Below are positions 1 to 9,317 of a stretch of DNA of 32,000 nt, piece by piece. The notes under the pieces are model-generated. The model saw only the letters and a program-made list of their open reading frames with translations, made no database searches and was not told the DNA's origin. The translations under genes and the position numbers were made by a program. Source of the DNA: Geotalea daltonii FRC-32 (GTDB lineage: Bacteria > Desulfobacterota > Desulfuromonadia > Geobacterales > Geobacteraceae); the NCBI RefSeq assembly GCF_000022265.1, contig NC_011979.1, positions 3,330,001 through 3,362,000 on the forward strand. The letters are read 5' to 3'. Numbering within the stretch: the first letter of the stretch is position 1; every line of letters begins with the position of its first letter.

Positions 1-501
1 AGATGCGTTAAAGGCATCCAGCTTCTTTCTCAGGTCGTTAAGTCTCGATTCCGTGTTCTTTACCGTATGCTGAAGGCTTAAGTACTCTGCACGGGACATC
101 CTGGTTGTATCGCCCAGACGCCCATTCAGTTGATCCAGTTGTTCTTCTGCAGCCTTGACATCAGCTGAAAGCTTTCCGTATTCGGCCTTCCAGGCAGCTT
201 CATTCTTACCACCATAAACGGCAGGCTTCTTTTTGGTTTCCGCTCCGGCAACATCTTCCCTTACCTTGCTCTGCCCCTCTTCCGCCGTAGTCTTTCCCTT
301 TTCGCCATTGTCCGTCTCGATTACCCGGGGTTGAGAATCCTCTTCTGCCCCCAGTATTTTTACGCGCTTGCGGTACTTTTTAGGCACATTGCCCAAATCT
401 TCCGTAAAATTGACCGTTCCTCTCTCATCAGTCCATTCATAGGTCACGGCGAATGCCGGCACAGCAAAAAGGAGAAGAGAAAATACTAGTAAGGTTTTCA
501 T
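1..501 (-). CDS. Secreted DUF4124-like protein, N-terminal part only (gene runs off the left edge)
   Basis: My own translation of the minus strand from ATG 501..499 gives MKTLLVFSLLLFAVPAFA/VTYEWTDERGTVNFTEDLGNVPKKYRKRVKILGAEEDSQ... This is a cleavable signal peptide followed by the Y-x-W-x-D-x-x-G-x-x-x-F-[ST]-D opening I associate with DUF4124. The frame stays open to position 1 (167 codons). It is missing from the ORF track only because no stop lies in the window. Confidence 0.6.
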   Translation of the reverse strand, partial: MKTLLVFSLLLFAVPAFAVTYEWTDERGTVNFTEDLGNVPKKYRKRVKILGAEEDSQPRVIETDNGEKGKTTAEEGQSKVREDVAGAETKKKPAVYGGKNEAAWKAEYGKLSADVKAAEEQLDQLNGRLGDTTRMSRAEYLSLQHTVKNTESRLNDLRKKLDAFNAS

Positions 502-535
502 GCAATTCCTCCACTTGATTAATCTATCTGTGTTG

Positions 536-880
536 TTAGCCGGGAGGCCAGTTGAACTGCCTCCCACCGAGAAGGTGAAAGTGAATGTGAAATACCGACT
601 GACCCGCTCCGGCATTATTGTTGTTGACGACACGGAAACCGTCCTCAGCAATGCCTCTTTCGCGGGCGATGGCTGCAGCGACCCGAAACACATGTCCTAT
701 CAGGGCTTCGTCCTCCGGTTGAAGGTCAAGGGTATTGGCCACATGCTTTTTAGGGATGACAAGCAGATGTTGCGGCGCAACCGGAGCAATGTCCTGGATC
801 ACCAAAAGCTGGTCGTCCTCGAAGACCGGCTTGACTGGGATTTCGCCTTTAATCATCCTGCAGAAGAGACAATCCGTCAT
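536..880 (-). CDS. HIT (histidine triad) family nucleotide hydrolase
   Basis: The track ORF is 536..913. I prefer ATG 880..878 (MTDCLFCRMIKGEIP...) because GGGAGGGGG (885..893, minus) sits 4 nt upstream. The histidine-triad motif HIHFHLLGG is near the C-terminus. Confidence 0.9.
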   Translation of the reverse strand: MTDCLFCRMIKGEIPVKPVFEDDQLLVIQDIAPVAPQHLLVIPKKHVANTLDLQPEDEALIGHVFRVAAAIARERGIAEDGFRVVNNNNAGAGQSVFHIHFHLLGGRQFNWPPG

Positions 881-955
881 GCAGCCCCCTCCCTTTCTGT
901 GAAAAAATTTCAATAGTTGTTTATACTCCGCTGGATGCCGTTTTTCAAGAAATAC

Positions 956-1699
956 TCATTCATTGCCCGGCTTTGACAGGTAAATGAGAAATTCCCGGTT
1001 TCCTTTTGGTCCAAGTATGGGAGACTCGGTAATGCCTTTTACTTTCAGCTTCAGGTCAAGCGCCAGGGCAGTAATAACAGAAATAACCTCTGCATGTTTC
1101 TTTACGTCCCGCACCACTCCCCCCTTCCCCACCTCACCGCGCCCGACCTCGAACTGCGGCTTGATGAGAGCTACTACAACGGCAGAAGGCGAAATAAGAT
1201 TAAGTACCGGCGGCAGCACCTTGTCCAAAGATATGAAGGAGGCATCGATGACTGCCATCTGGGGAACCTCTCCCAACTTTTCCTGCTCCAGATAACGGAT
1301 GTTGGTCTTCTCCAGATTGATTACCCGTTCATCCTGGCGGAGCTTCCATGCCAGCTGACCATAGCCCACATCGACGGCAATAACCTTTGCTGCCCCGCGC
1401 TGGAGCAGGCAATCGGTGAAACCGCCGGTAGATGCCCCAACATCCATGACAACCAGGCCGGTTACGTCTATGGCGAATTCATCGAGGGCCTTTTGCAGCT
1501 TTAAGCCACCACGACTGACAAAGGGAAGCACCTCCCCTTTCAGGCGTATTTCCGCATCGACGGCAACCATTTGTCCGGCCTTATCGGCCAGATGGTCGTC
1601 CACCACCACCTGCCCGGCCATGATCAGCGCCTTGGCCCGTTCCCGTGAAGGCGCCAGTCTCCGATCGAGCAGAATCTTATCCAGCCTCTCTTTAGCCAC
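956..1699 (-). CDS. tlyA: TlyA-family rRNA 2'-O-methyltransferase (S4 domain + FtsJ-like MTase)
   Basis: 247 aa. It has an S4-like N-terminus (RLDKILLDRRLAPSRERAKALIMAGQVVVDD) and a SAM-binding motif (VVMDVGASTGGFTDCLL). Confidence 0.88.
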   Translation of the reverse strand: MAKERLDKILLDRRLAPSRERAKALIMAGQVVVDDHLADKAGQMVAVDAEIRLKGEVLPFVSRGGLKLQKALDEFAIDVTGLVVMDVGASTGGFTDCLLQRGAAKVIAVDVGYGQLAWKLRQDERVINLEKTNIRYLEQEKLGEVPQMAVIDASFISLDKVLPPVLNLISPSAVVVALIKPQFEVGRGEVGKGGVVRDVKKHAEVISVITALALDLKLKVKGITESPILGPKGNREFLIYLSKPGNE

Positions 1700-1728
1700 T
1701 TTTTTCGGTTCCCATCTTAATGCTCATT

Positions 1729-3570
1729 TCAGATAATCCCATGGAGAACACCGCCCGGAGCGCCCAAAGCATCGACCTTTCTTTCAATGGCCGGATCCGG
1801 GATCAGTGGTGGCGCATGGTATTCCTTGGTTCTGGCATCGATTATCAGTGGGCCGGTGCAGCCCCAGTGTTTGCTCACGTCGGTTGCGCCGATGCCGTAG
1901 GTATCAGAAGCGGGATTCGATTTGGTAAAGGTGACCCAGAGAAAATTGTTCAAGGTTCTGGCGGTGAATTCACTATCATCGACAATCACCACCAAGGGAA
2001 AGGAAATGAGAGGATGGCTTTGACCGAACTGACGACAGAAATCCTCAACAACCGGATCCGGACAATTGGGGCCGGTGGTGCACCGGGGGCCGCGAATGGC
2101 CAGAATCCCAGGCAGGCAGACACGTGGCGCGGCGAATCCGCTCGGCAGCGAAAAATCGCCTGGTAAAATCGAGGGCAGCTCCCGCCGTTTGTTGCCTGCT
2201 GCAGCGATCACCACTTTGGAACCGGAATTGAGGCCGCTTCCCGAATAATCCAGGGTATCGATGGTGGTGCTGGTCTGGAAATGGAGATCGCGCCTCCAGT
2301 CGACCCTCTCCAGCACATGCCGAAGGAACGCGGGAATGTCATGGATGTCCAGTGCCGGATTATCCTCTTGGGCACCGATGAAAAGGTACTTGGCAAGGGA
2401 AAGCTGGCCCTGGCCCAGGATAGCGTTGGCAATGGTAAGCAGTTCCTGTGGTTCCCTTTCTCCGGCATAGGGGACATAGCGCTCGCTTCCCAAGGCCAGC
2501 AGAAGCGGATGCACTCCTGCCGCATCGACGGCATGAACCGCTCGCACACCGGGAATGACCGTGGGGATGAGTGGCCCCGTGATTTCGTGGATGAATGAAC
2601 CGAAGGAGGTATCTTCCTGGGGCGGCCTGCCAACCGTCGTAAAAGGCCAGATGGCGTCGCGGCGGTGATAGACTTTCTCGACGCGGACAACGGGAAAATC
2701 GTGGGCCAGGCTGTAATAGCCCAAATGGTCGCCGAACGGTCCTTCAGGGAGGGCTCTATCGGTATCGACAATGCCGGTGATACAGAAATCAGCCTCTGCT
2801 GCCATGGGTAATTCTCCATTCCTGCAGGCCATCTCCAGTCGATGACCTCCCAGCAACCCGGCAAAGGATATTTCCGGCATCCCTTCAGGGAGGGGCATGA
2901 CCGCCGCCACGGTCATGGATGGTGCACCGCCGACAAAGATATTGACGCGGAACGGCAGGCGGCGCTCCAGAGCTTCCGCATGGTGAACACCGATACCCCG
3001 GTGAATCTGGTAATGGAGGCCGATCTCCCCATTGGGACGGTACTTGCCCCCGGAAAGCTGCACCCGGTACATGCCCAGGTTGGAATGGCGCAGGCCAGGC
3101 GTTGCCGCACTCTCCGAATAGACTTGCGGCAAAGTGATGAAGGCCCCGCCGTCATCGGGCCATGATTTCAGCTGCGGCAGCTGGTCGATGGTGGTCTGCA
3201 TTTCCATGACTGGTCCGCTCGACACTTTTTTCGGCAACAGATGGATAGCCGCCGGCAAAGTACCGACAAATCCAAGGGGGTCTTTGACCGCTGCCCTCGG
3301 GTTTACTTTCATTGCTACCAGGCGCTCCATGTCCTTCAAGGTATCCCTGAAAATGTACCTGGTCCTTTCCAGGGTACCGAAGAGATTGCCCAGTATTGGG
3401 AACCTGCAGCCGCGTACGTTGGTAAACAATAACGCCGGCCCACCGGCCTGATAAACACGGCGCTGGATGGCGCCCGCCTCAAGCTCGGCATCCACCTCAT
3501 GGTTAATGCGGAGGAGTTTCCCCCCCGCCTCCAGATCTTTGACGCACTCCTGCAAATTTCGATAGCCCAT
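1729..3570 (-). CDS. UbiD-family (prenyl-FMN dependent) decarboxylase, long form
   Basis: 613-aa ORF with UbiD-like blocks throughout. The length fits the long SCO4490-type subgroup linked to futalosine-pathway menaquinone synthesis. That subgroup assignment is from memory, though mqnA lies in the same window. Confidence 0.8.
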   Translation of the reverse strand: MGYRNLQECVKDLEAGGKLLRINHEVDAELEAGAIQRRVYQAGGPALLFTNVRGCRFPILGNLFGTLERTRYIFRDTLKDMERLVAMKVNPRAAVKDPLGFVGTLPAAIHLLPKKVSSGPVMEMQTTIDQLPQLKSWPDDGGAFITLPQVYSESAATPGLRHSNLGMYRVQLSGGKYRPNGEIGLHYQIHRGIGVHHAEALERRLPFRVNIFVGGAPSMTVAAVMPLPEGMPEISFAGLLGGHRLEMACRNGELPMAAEADFCITGIVDTDRALPEGPFGDHLGYYSLAHDFPVVRVEKVYHRRDAIWPFTTVGRPPQEDTSFGSFIHEITGPLIPTVIPGVRAVHAVDAAGVHPLLLALGSERYVPYAGEREPQELLTIANAILGQGQLSLAKYLFIGAQEDNPALDIHDIPAFLRHVLERVDWRRDLHFQTSTTIDTLDYSGSGLNSGSKVVIAAAGNKRRELPSILPGDFSLPSGFAAPRVCLPGILAIRGPRCTTGPNCPDPVVEDFCRQFGQSHPLISFPLVVIVDDSEFTARTLNNFLWVTFTKSNPASDTYGIGATDVSKHWGCTGPLIIDARTKEYHAPPLIPDPAIERKVDALGAPGGVLHGII

Positions 3571-3701
3571 TTAAATACACTGCTCCAATTCACATCAATG
3601 TGTCTTCGAATGTTTTTGTAATGCACCTGCCTGTTCAAGTCAACAGCAAACACTCTGCGAACACCGGAAGATCCGGACCAGGTGGATTCTTAAAAACACC
3701 T

Positions 3702-3745
3702 GAAAGAGAAAAACGCCCCGCCATGAAAAATTAAATGGCAGGGCG
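3702..3745 (-). terminator. Rho-independent terminator downstream of nifS
   Basis: Minus-strand RNA forms CGCCCUGCCAU-(10 nt loop)-AUGGCGGGGCG, an 11-bp stem with one G.U, followed by UUUUUCUCUUUC. It starts 32 nt after the nifS stop. Confidence 0.8.
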
Positions 3746-3776
3746 CTCTGTTTTACTGTTTGAGGTGAAGCTTTTC

Positions 3777-4949
3777 CTATTTTGACTGCAGAAATTCTCT
3801 GCCGAAAGGAGACATTTCACGCAGACGGTTGACGACCGGGGGCAGTTCGCGAATAACGGCATCGATATCCCCATCGGTGGTAAAGCGAGACAGGGAGAAC
3901 CTGATCGAGCCGTGGGCACAGGTAAATGGCACCCCCATGGCACGAAGCACATGGGATGGCTCCAGTGAGCCTGAAGTACAGGCACTGCCGGATGAAGCAC
4001 AGATGCCATTTTCGCTCAACAGCAGCAGAATAGCCTCTCCTTCTACAAACTCAAAGGCGATGGAAGTCGTGTTGGGAAGGCGGTCGGCAGCCCCTCCGTT
4101 AACACGGGCACTGGGGATAAGGGCCATTAGCTCTCTTTCAAGCCGGTCACGCATCCCTTTCACTCTTGTATTCTCATCTTCCATGAATTTTGTGGCCAAC
4201 TCGCAGGCCTTGCCAAGGGCTATTATGGATGAGGTGCTTTCCGTACCCGCCCTGCGTCCTTTCTCCTGGTGTCCCCCGACCATGAATGGCCTGAAAGGAA
4301 CGCCCTTGCGCACGTAAAGGACGCCGATTCCCTTGGGTGCATGCAACTTGTGCCCCGACAGGGAAAGCATGTCGATGGAAGAAGCAGCCATGTTGAGGGG
4401 AATTTTTCCCACTGCCTGGACCGCATCGGTATGGAAGAGCGCCCCTTTTTCCTTGGCAATGGCCGCAACTTCTTCCACAGGAAAGATGACCCCAGTCTCG
4501 TTATTTGCATACATCACCGAAACGATGGCGGTGTTATCGTCAAGGGCAGACCTGAGTTCGTTGAGATCAAGCCGGCCGGCATTGTCCACGTTCAGCTCGG
4601 TGACCCGGTATCCCTTTTTGGTCAGGTTGCGGCACAGGGTCAGGACAGCGGGGTGCTCCACACGGGTGGTGATGATATGCCGCTTCTCGGGAAAAACCTC
4701 AAGGGCTGACCGAATGGCGGCATTATCGCTCTCCGTGCCGCAGGCGGTAAAGATAATCTCTTCGGGGAGTGCCCCCAAAAGAGCGGCAACCCGGTTCCGG
4801 GCCTCGTCAACCTTCTTCTGCACCTGGCCACCGAAAAAATGCATGGAACTAGGGTTGCCATACAGCTCGCAAAAATAGGGGCGCATCTCTTCAAAGACAG
4901 CCTCATCCACCTTTGTTGTGGCATTGTTGTCGAGATAAATTTCCTTCAT
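3777..4949 (-). CDS. nifS: Cysteine desulfurase, NifS type (class V aminotransferase)
   Basis: 390 aa. It has the PLP-lysine motif SLSGHKLHAPKG and the active-site Cys loop SSGSACTSG. It overlaps nifU by 4 nt (ATGA). Confidence 0.92.
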   Translation of the reverse strand: MKEIYLDNNATTKVDEAVFEEMRPYFCELYGNPSSMHFFGGQVQKKVDEARNRVAALLGALPEEIIFTACGTESDNAAIRSALEVFPEKRHIITTRVEHPAVLTLCRNLTKKGYRVTELNVDNAGRLDLNELRSALDDNTAIVSVMYANNETGVIFPVEEVAAIAKEKGALFHTDAVQAVGKIPLNMAASSIDMLSLSGHKLHAPKGIGVLYVRKGVPFRPFMVGGHQEKGRRAGTESTSSIIALGKACELATKFMEDENTRVKGMRDRLERELMALIPSARVNGGAADRLPNTTSIAFEFVEGEAILLLLSENGICASSGSACTSGSLEPSHVLRAMGVPFTCAHGSIRFSLSRFTTDGDIDAVIRELPPVVNRLREMSPFGREFLQSK

Positions 4950-5806
4950 CCCTGGACCTCCTCCACTGTAATATCATCGGATACCAGTTCGCGAAGTTTC
5001 TGCTCGACGAATTTCGCCGTAAATCCGGAAGAAGCACAACCGGCGCAGGCTTTGCGGAAAGCAATCTGTACCTTGCCGCCGTCTATGTCAATCAGCTCCA
5101 GGTCCCCGCCATCAGCCCACAGTTGCGGGCGTACCTCATTCTCCAGGGTCTCCTGGATAAGCTGCATTTTGCGCATGTTGGTCAGCTTGCCCGGTTTTTT
5201 TTCTTCAGCTTTCTTTTCTTCACCCATAACTTCGGCGATAAGCTCTTTGATTTTTGGAATGCAGCCGCCACAGGCACCACCGGCCTTGGTAAAATGGGTG
5301 ACCTGCTCGGCGGTATGCAGTTTGTTTGAGGCAATAACCTTTTTCAGGAAGACGTCGGTCAGACCAAAGCACTTGCAGACTATTTCCCCCTGCATATCTG
5401 CATCGCCATGTTCGTGATCATGCTTCGGCACAGCCACGCCCCGATATTTGGCTATGGCAACCTCCAGAGCCTCCTGTCCCATGACCGAACAATGCATCTT
5501 CTCTTCAGGCAGACCGCCAAGAAAATCGGCTATCTCCTGATTGGAAATCTGCAACGCTTCATCCAGGGTTTTCCCTTTCACCATTTCGGTCAAAGCCGAA
5601 GAGGAGGCAATGGCGCTACCGCAACCAAAGGTCTGAAAGCGGGCATCTACAATACGCTTCTTTTGTTCATCCAGTTTGAGGAATAGCTTGAGTGCATCGC
5701 CACAGGCAAGACTACCAACCTCACCAACGGCATCCGCATCCTCTATTGAACCGACATTTCTCGGATTCAGAAAATGGTCTTTCACCTTTTCTGTATAGTC
5801 CCACAT
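4946..5806 (-). CDS. nifU: NifU Fe-S cluster scaffold (IscU-like N-domain, central Cys cluster, Nfu-like C-domain)
   Basis: 286 aa. IscU-type Cys motifs are GSLACGDALKL, FQTFGCGSAIASS and KMHCSVMG. A central CKCFG...GGACGGC cluster and a C-terminal CAGC motif are also present. Confidence 0.92.
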   Translation of the reverse strand: MWDYTEKVKDHFLNPRNVGSIEDADAVGEVGSLACGDALKLFLKLDEQKKRIVDARFQTFGCGSAIASSSALTEMVKGKTLDEALQISNQEIADFLGGLPEEKMHCSVMGQEALEVAIAKYRGVAVPKHDHEHGDADMQGEIVCKCFGLTDVFLKKVIASNKLHTAEQVTHFTKAGGACGGCIPKIKELIAEVMGEEKKAEEKKPGKLTNMRKMQLIQETLENEVRPQLWADGGDLELIDIDGGKVQIAFRKACAGCASSGFTAKFVEQKLRELVSDDITVEEVQG

Positions 5807-5934
5807 ACATCCTCCTTTTTCTCAACCATATATAAGGCAAAGGCACAAAGCTTGTAAAAGAAGCATGAGGCACCTCTTTCAGCAATTACCTTTGCGCCTT
5901 TAGCACATACATATATTTACAATATATTACAAAT

Positions 5935-7353
5935 TCACTCAAGTATTAATTTTCTGCCGGCAGCCAAAAGTTCCTTGAGCCGTTCTTCTGATGGTGCTTC
6001 CGCATAGAGGCGCACCACTGGTTCCGTTCCCGATTTGCGGAACAGGAGCCAGCTGCCGTCTTCAAGGAGGAACTTGGTGCCGTCAATAGTCACTGTTTCC
6101 TTCAATTTCACTCCGGCAATAACAGCCGGAGTTGCTTTCAATTTATCGGCGAAAACAGCCTCAATCTCCGGGGCCAGGGTGATATTCTCCCGTTTGGTAA
6201 CAAAGCGCCCCACCTGCCCATAAAGTCTTTCCAGGAGCGTGCGTACCGGCTGTCCCTCGCGGGCGACCATTTCCGCCACCAGCAGACAGGCAAGTATGCC
6301 ATCCTTTTCCGGCACATGACCCTTTATGGTCAGGCCGGCACTCTCTTCGCCGCCAATGATAATCTTGTCCCGGCTGATAAGCTCACCGATGTATTTGAAA
6401 CCTACCGGAGTTTCAAAGACTTCAATACCATGTTTTGCCGCCACAGCATCGACAAGACTGGAGGTCGCGACGCTCCTGGCAACTCCTCCCTTAAGCCCCC
6501 TCACCCTGACCAGATAGTCGAGGAGCAGGGCAATAATATAGTTGGGTTCGATGAATGAACCATCTTCGTCAACAATGCCGAACCGGTCCGCGTCCCCATC
6601 CGTGGCAATACCCAGTTTGATTTCGGGATCGCTTTTAACAAGGTTTATGAAATCCTGGATATATTTTTCTGAGGGTTCGGGAGGAAAACCGCCAAAATAT
6701 GGATCACGATGTTCATTTATCACCACAACGTCTACACCATGGGCACGCAACGGTTCAGCCAGATAGCCACGCCCGGTACCATAGAGCGGATTGACCGCCA
6801 CTTTGCCCAATCGGGCAATGGCGGCAAAATCAACCTTGGTGGACAGGTCATCAAGGTATGTTTGCAGTGGGTCTATTTCCACTAATTTGCCGTCACGCCT
6901 GGCATCATCAAGATCACATTCCTTGTAGCAGACCTCCCCCAGCATTTCGTTGGCTCGCCGTTCGATATCACGCGTTGTTTCGGGTAAAGCCGGTCCTCCC
7001 CAGGAAGGAGAAAACTTGATGCCATTATATTCAGGAGGGTTGTGGCTGGCAGTAAAGTTAATGGCGCCGGCCGCCTTGCGGCGCAGTATTTCAAATGCAA
7101 TTACCGGTGTGGGTGTGTCCCTGGTACAGAGAAAGGTCCTTATCCCTGCACCGGTCAAGACACGGGCAGCTTCATTGGCAAATTGCTCACCCATGAAACG
7201 AGAGTCGTAGCCGACTATTACCCCTTTTTCCTTTTCCCCGGCGGCAATCACGTTATCGGCAATGGCCTGGGTAACCACCTTGACATTTTCAAAGATGAAA
7301 TCGTCGCAAACGATTCCGCGCCAGCCGGATGTACCGAAACTAATACGTTGCAT
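5935..7353 (-). CDS. Alpha-D-phosphohexomutase (phosphoglucomutase/phosphomannomutase family)
   Basis: The track ORF extends to 7470. I place the start at ATG 7353 (MQRISFGTSGWRG...) because TAAGGAG (7361..7367, minus) lies 7 nt upstream. The active-site Ser loop TASHNPPEYNGIK and the Mg-binding loop DGDADR are present. Confidence 0.9.
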   Translation of the reverse strand: MQRISFGTSGWRGIVCDDFIFENVKVVTQAIADNVIAAGEKEKGVIVGYDSRFMGEQFANEAARVLTGAGIRTFLCTRDTPTPVIAFEILRRKAAGAINFTASHNPPEYNGIKFSPSWGGPALPETTRDIERRANEMLGEVCYKECDLDDARRDGKLVEIDPLQTYLDDLSTKVDFAAIARLGKVAVNPLYGTGRGYLAEPLRAHGVDVVVINEHRDPYFGGFPPEPSEKYIQDFINLVKSDPEIKLGIATDGDADRFGIVDEDGSFIEPNYIIALLLDYLVRVRGLKGGVARSVATSSLVDAVAAKHGIEVFETPVGFKYIGELISRDKIIIGGEESAGLTIKGHVPEKDGILACLLVAEMVAREGQPVRTLLERLYGQVGRFVTKRENITLAPEIEAVFADKLKATPAVIAGVKLKETVTIDGTKFLLEDGSWLLFRKSGTEPVVRLYAEAPSEERLKELLAAGRKLILE

Positions 7354-7501
7354 AACATTACTCCTTAGGTAAAATAAATTGCATTCGCTTCCATCCGAAA
7401 CTGTAATACCCCGGAAATTAACCGCAATGAAACCCATCACAAGGTTAATATATAGGCTATGCGGAGTCAAGGAGAACAGACTTTTGCAGGGGATTTTCCT
7501 G

Positions 7502-7531
7502 TTGACATTATTCTTTTAAAATTGTTAGAGT
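7502..7531 (+). promoter_or_regulatory. Candidate sigma70 promoter for the Cys-rich protein gene
   Basis: TTGACA (7502..7507), an 18-nt spacer, then TAGAGT (7526..7531). It lies about 45 nt upstream of the ATG at 7579. This is a pattern match only. Confidence 0.35.
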
Positions 7532-7578
7532 GAATGCTGCTGAACGATCACGAAGCAAAAGAAACAGGAGGAATATCA

Positions 7579-7872
7579 ATGCAGTGTCAAACAGTACTTC
7601 CCGGTGCCGAGTGTACCTTTTGGGGGAAACAGGGTTGTGTATTTGCTGAAGGCTCTTGCCAGATTGTGGTTGAGAATTGTGAGGGTTGTGAAAGGATTGT
7701 TGACAGCAGCATCGGCAAGGTCTGCAGCGCTTATCCCGCTCCCGAAAAGAAATGGTCAGCCGGCTTGTGCAACTTTGCCACTCATGTGAAGGTTGAGATA
7801 AAGAGCGAAGAAACCAAGGTCAACCCGCTCAAGGCATCCAAGAAAGCTTCCGGCGGTGGCAAGAAGAAGTAA
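7579..7872 (+). CDS. Small Cys-rich protein with Lys-rich tail (PxxKW-like family)
   Basis: I place the start at ATG 7579 ([12 protein letters not shown]...) with AGGAGG 7 nt upstream; the track starts at 7534. The protein is 97 aa with 8 Cys in the first 64 residues, a PEKKW motif, and the C-terminal tail [13 protein letters not shown]. It resembles what I recall NCBI calling the PxxKW family cysteine-rich protein. Confidence 0.7.
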   Translation: MQCQTVLPGAECTFWGKQGCVFAEGSCQIVVENCEGCERIVDSSIGKVCSAYPAPEKKWSAGLCNFATHVKVEIKSEETKVNPLKASKKASGGGKKK

Positions 7873-7895
7873 CCAACCGCAAACAGTGGTACAGG

Positions 7896-7926
7896 AAAGG
7901 GAGGAGTTCATCCTCCCTTTTTTTAT
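7896..7926 (+). terminator. Rho-independent terminator of the Cys-rich protein gene
   Basis: A perfect 10-bp stem AAAGGGAGGA (7896..7905) / TCCTCCCTTT (7911..7920) with a 5-nt loop is followed by TTTTATTT. Confidence 0.85.
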
Positions 7927-7949
7927 TTCCCTGGAAAGGAGGAAGTCCT

Positions 7950-8402
7950 TTGCCATTTGACTATCTCGATTGTCCAAAATGTGGTGAAAAGGTCAGATCT
8001 TACCGCAACCCCTTCCCTACCGTTGATATCATCATTGAAATCAATGAAGGGATCATTCTGATCGAGCGAAAAAACGAGCCTTACGGATGGGCTATCCCAG
8101 GCGGCTTTGTCGACTATGGCGAGTCGTTGGAAGATGCTGCCGTTCGGGAGGCACAGGAAGAAACCTCCTTGCAGATCAGCAACCTGCGACTGCTAGGATG
8201 CTACTCCGACCCCGGCAGGGACAAACGTGCCCATACTATCTCTACAGTCTATGCAGCCACCGCCCAGGGCATTCCAAAGGCTGCCGACGATGCAGCAGCG
8301 CTGACCATCTTCCCGCTGGAGAAGCTTCCTCAAGAGTTATGCTTTGATCACCGGCAGATTCTAGATGACTATCGCCGCATGAAGTCACAGGGTAATATCT
8401 GA
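7950..8402 (+). CDS. NUDIX hydrolase with N-terminal zinc-ribbon
   Basis: TTG start at 7950 with GGAAAGGAGGA upstream. The Nudix box [24 protein letters not shown] fits G-x5-E-x7-REUxEExGU. The N-terminus has CPKCG. Confidence 0.9.
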   Translation: MPFDYLDCPKCGEKVRSYRNPFPTVDIIIEINEGIILIERKNEPYGWAIPGGFVDYGESLEDAAVREAQEETSLQISNLRLLGCYSDPGRDKRAHTISTVYAATAQGIPKAADDAAALTIFPLEKLPQELCFDHRQILDDYRRMKSQGNI

Positions 8403-8418
8403 ACAGAAACAGGTTTCA

Positions 8419-9240
8419 TCAGGAAAACAGTGAAATCTCAGGCTGGGTCGGGATCAATTCCATTTCTGCAGCATACCGGTAAAAGGTCTCCAGCCCCTTG
8501 AGATGATCTGCTGTCAGGTCGTATGAGATCGTCTTCCAGTAGTCCACAAGCGCTGACGCGCTCATCCATTCCCTCTCTCTACTATCCAGGGCTATCGAAT
8601 CATATGAATCGTAGGCCAGCTTCTTGGCAAGGAGCAGATTGTCCCGGAGAAGCAACATCTCTGTGTGCTTCTGAGCAGCAGCCTCACGCCTCACAATCCA
8701 CAGCGCAAAGACAAAGGGTAGACCGGTAAACTCATACCACTGCTGACCCAGATCATAAACATGGAAATTATGTTCCGAAAGAGACGCTTTCAACGCCGCA
8801 TCACCGATAAGGAGCAAACCCTCATTTGCCTGGAGCGCCTCCTTCAATGGAAGCGGTGTCCTTTGGTATTCATTGTCGTGACCATATTTCTTTTTCAAAA
8901 TTATCTTTAGTAGGTTAACAGAGGTATCGGACTCGGTTGTAAGACCGATAGTCTTTTTATGCAGATTCTCAATGGGTACGCGCGAAAAGAGAAAGACACT
9001 TTTTACTGCGCCGATGGAGCTGATTGATATCTTTGGCATAAGGCAATACTTCTCAAAAGATTTTCCATACTCTATGGATGATGAAGGACTTACATCCACT
9101 TCCCCTTTGGAGAGCATGGCGTTCAGCGCAGAAGGCACTTCCCTGACAAAATGATATCCACTACAGTCGAAGTTCTTCTTTAGGGCTGTAAATATGGGAG
9201 TACAATTGGCATATTCTATTTCGCCTATTCTGATTTCCAT
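8419..9240 (-). CDS. mqnA: Chorismate dehydratase MqnA (futalosine pathway), MqnA/MqnD/SBP family
   Basis: 273 aa. The N-terminus MEIRIGEIEYANCTPIF and the overall periplasmic-binding-protein-like pattern are typical of MqnA. I cannot exclude MqnD by eye. Confidence 0.72.
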   Translation of the reverse strand: MEIRIGEIEYANCTPIFTALKKNFDCSGYHFVREVPSALNAMLSKGEVDVSPSSSIEYGKSFEKYCLMPKISISSIGAVKSVFLFSRVPIENLHKKTIGLTTESDTSVNLLKIILKKKYGHDNEYQRTPLPLKEALQANEGLLLIGDAALKASLSEHNFHVYDLGQQWYEFTGLPFVFALWIVRREAAAQKHTEMLLLRDNLLLAKKLAYDSYDSIALDSREREWMSASALVDYWKTISYDLTADHLKGLETFYRYAAEMELIPTQPEISLFS

Positions 9241-9257
9241 TGTTGAACCTCTTACAC

Positions 9258-9293
9258 ATAAAAATAAAAAGGTGAGACAAAGCGTCTCACCTT
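9258..9293 (-). terminator. Rho-independent terminator after gcvH-like gene
   Basis: Minus-strand RNA forms AAGGUGAGAC-GCUUU-GUCUCACCUU, a perfect 10-bp stem, followed by UUUUUAUUUU. Confidence 0.75.
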
Positions 9294-9317
9294 AAAAAGT
9301 TATCAGGCGTTGAATTT

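Noticed and set aside
500-916. 138-aa plus-strand ORF overlapping the HIT gene
   Set aside because: It is the antisense mirror of a gene with a clear histidine-triad motif and SD. It has no recognisable motif and no RBS, which is typical of a shadow ORF.
2208-2864. 218-aa minus-strand ORF in an alternative frame inside the UbiD-family gene, along with many other nested ORFs in 984..5700
   Set aside because: These are off-frame products rich in Pro/Ser/Arg/Trp, typical of GC-rich coding DNA. The overlapping long ORFs have clear family signatures.
8403-8418. Short GAAAC-AG-GTTTC inverted repeat between the convergent NUDIX and mqnA genes as a bidirectional terminator
   Set aside because: A 5-bp stem with a 2-nt loop is sterically implausible and there is no U-tract on either strand.
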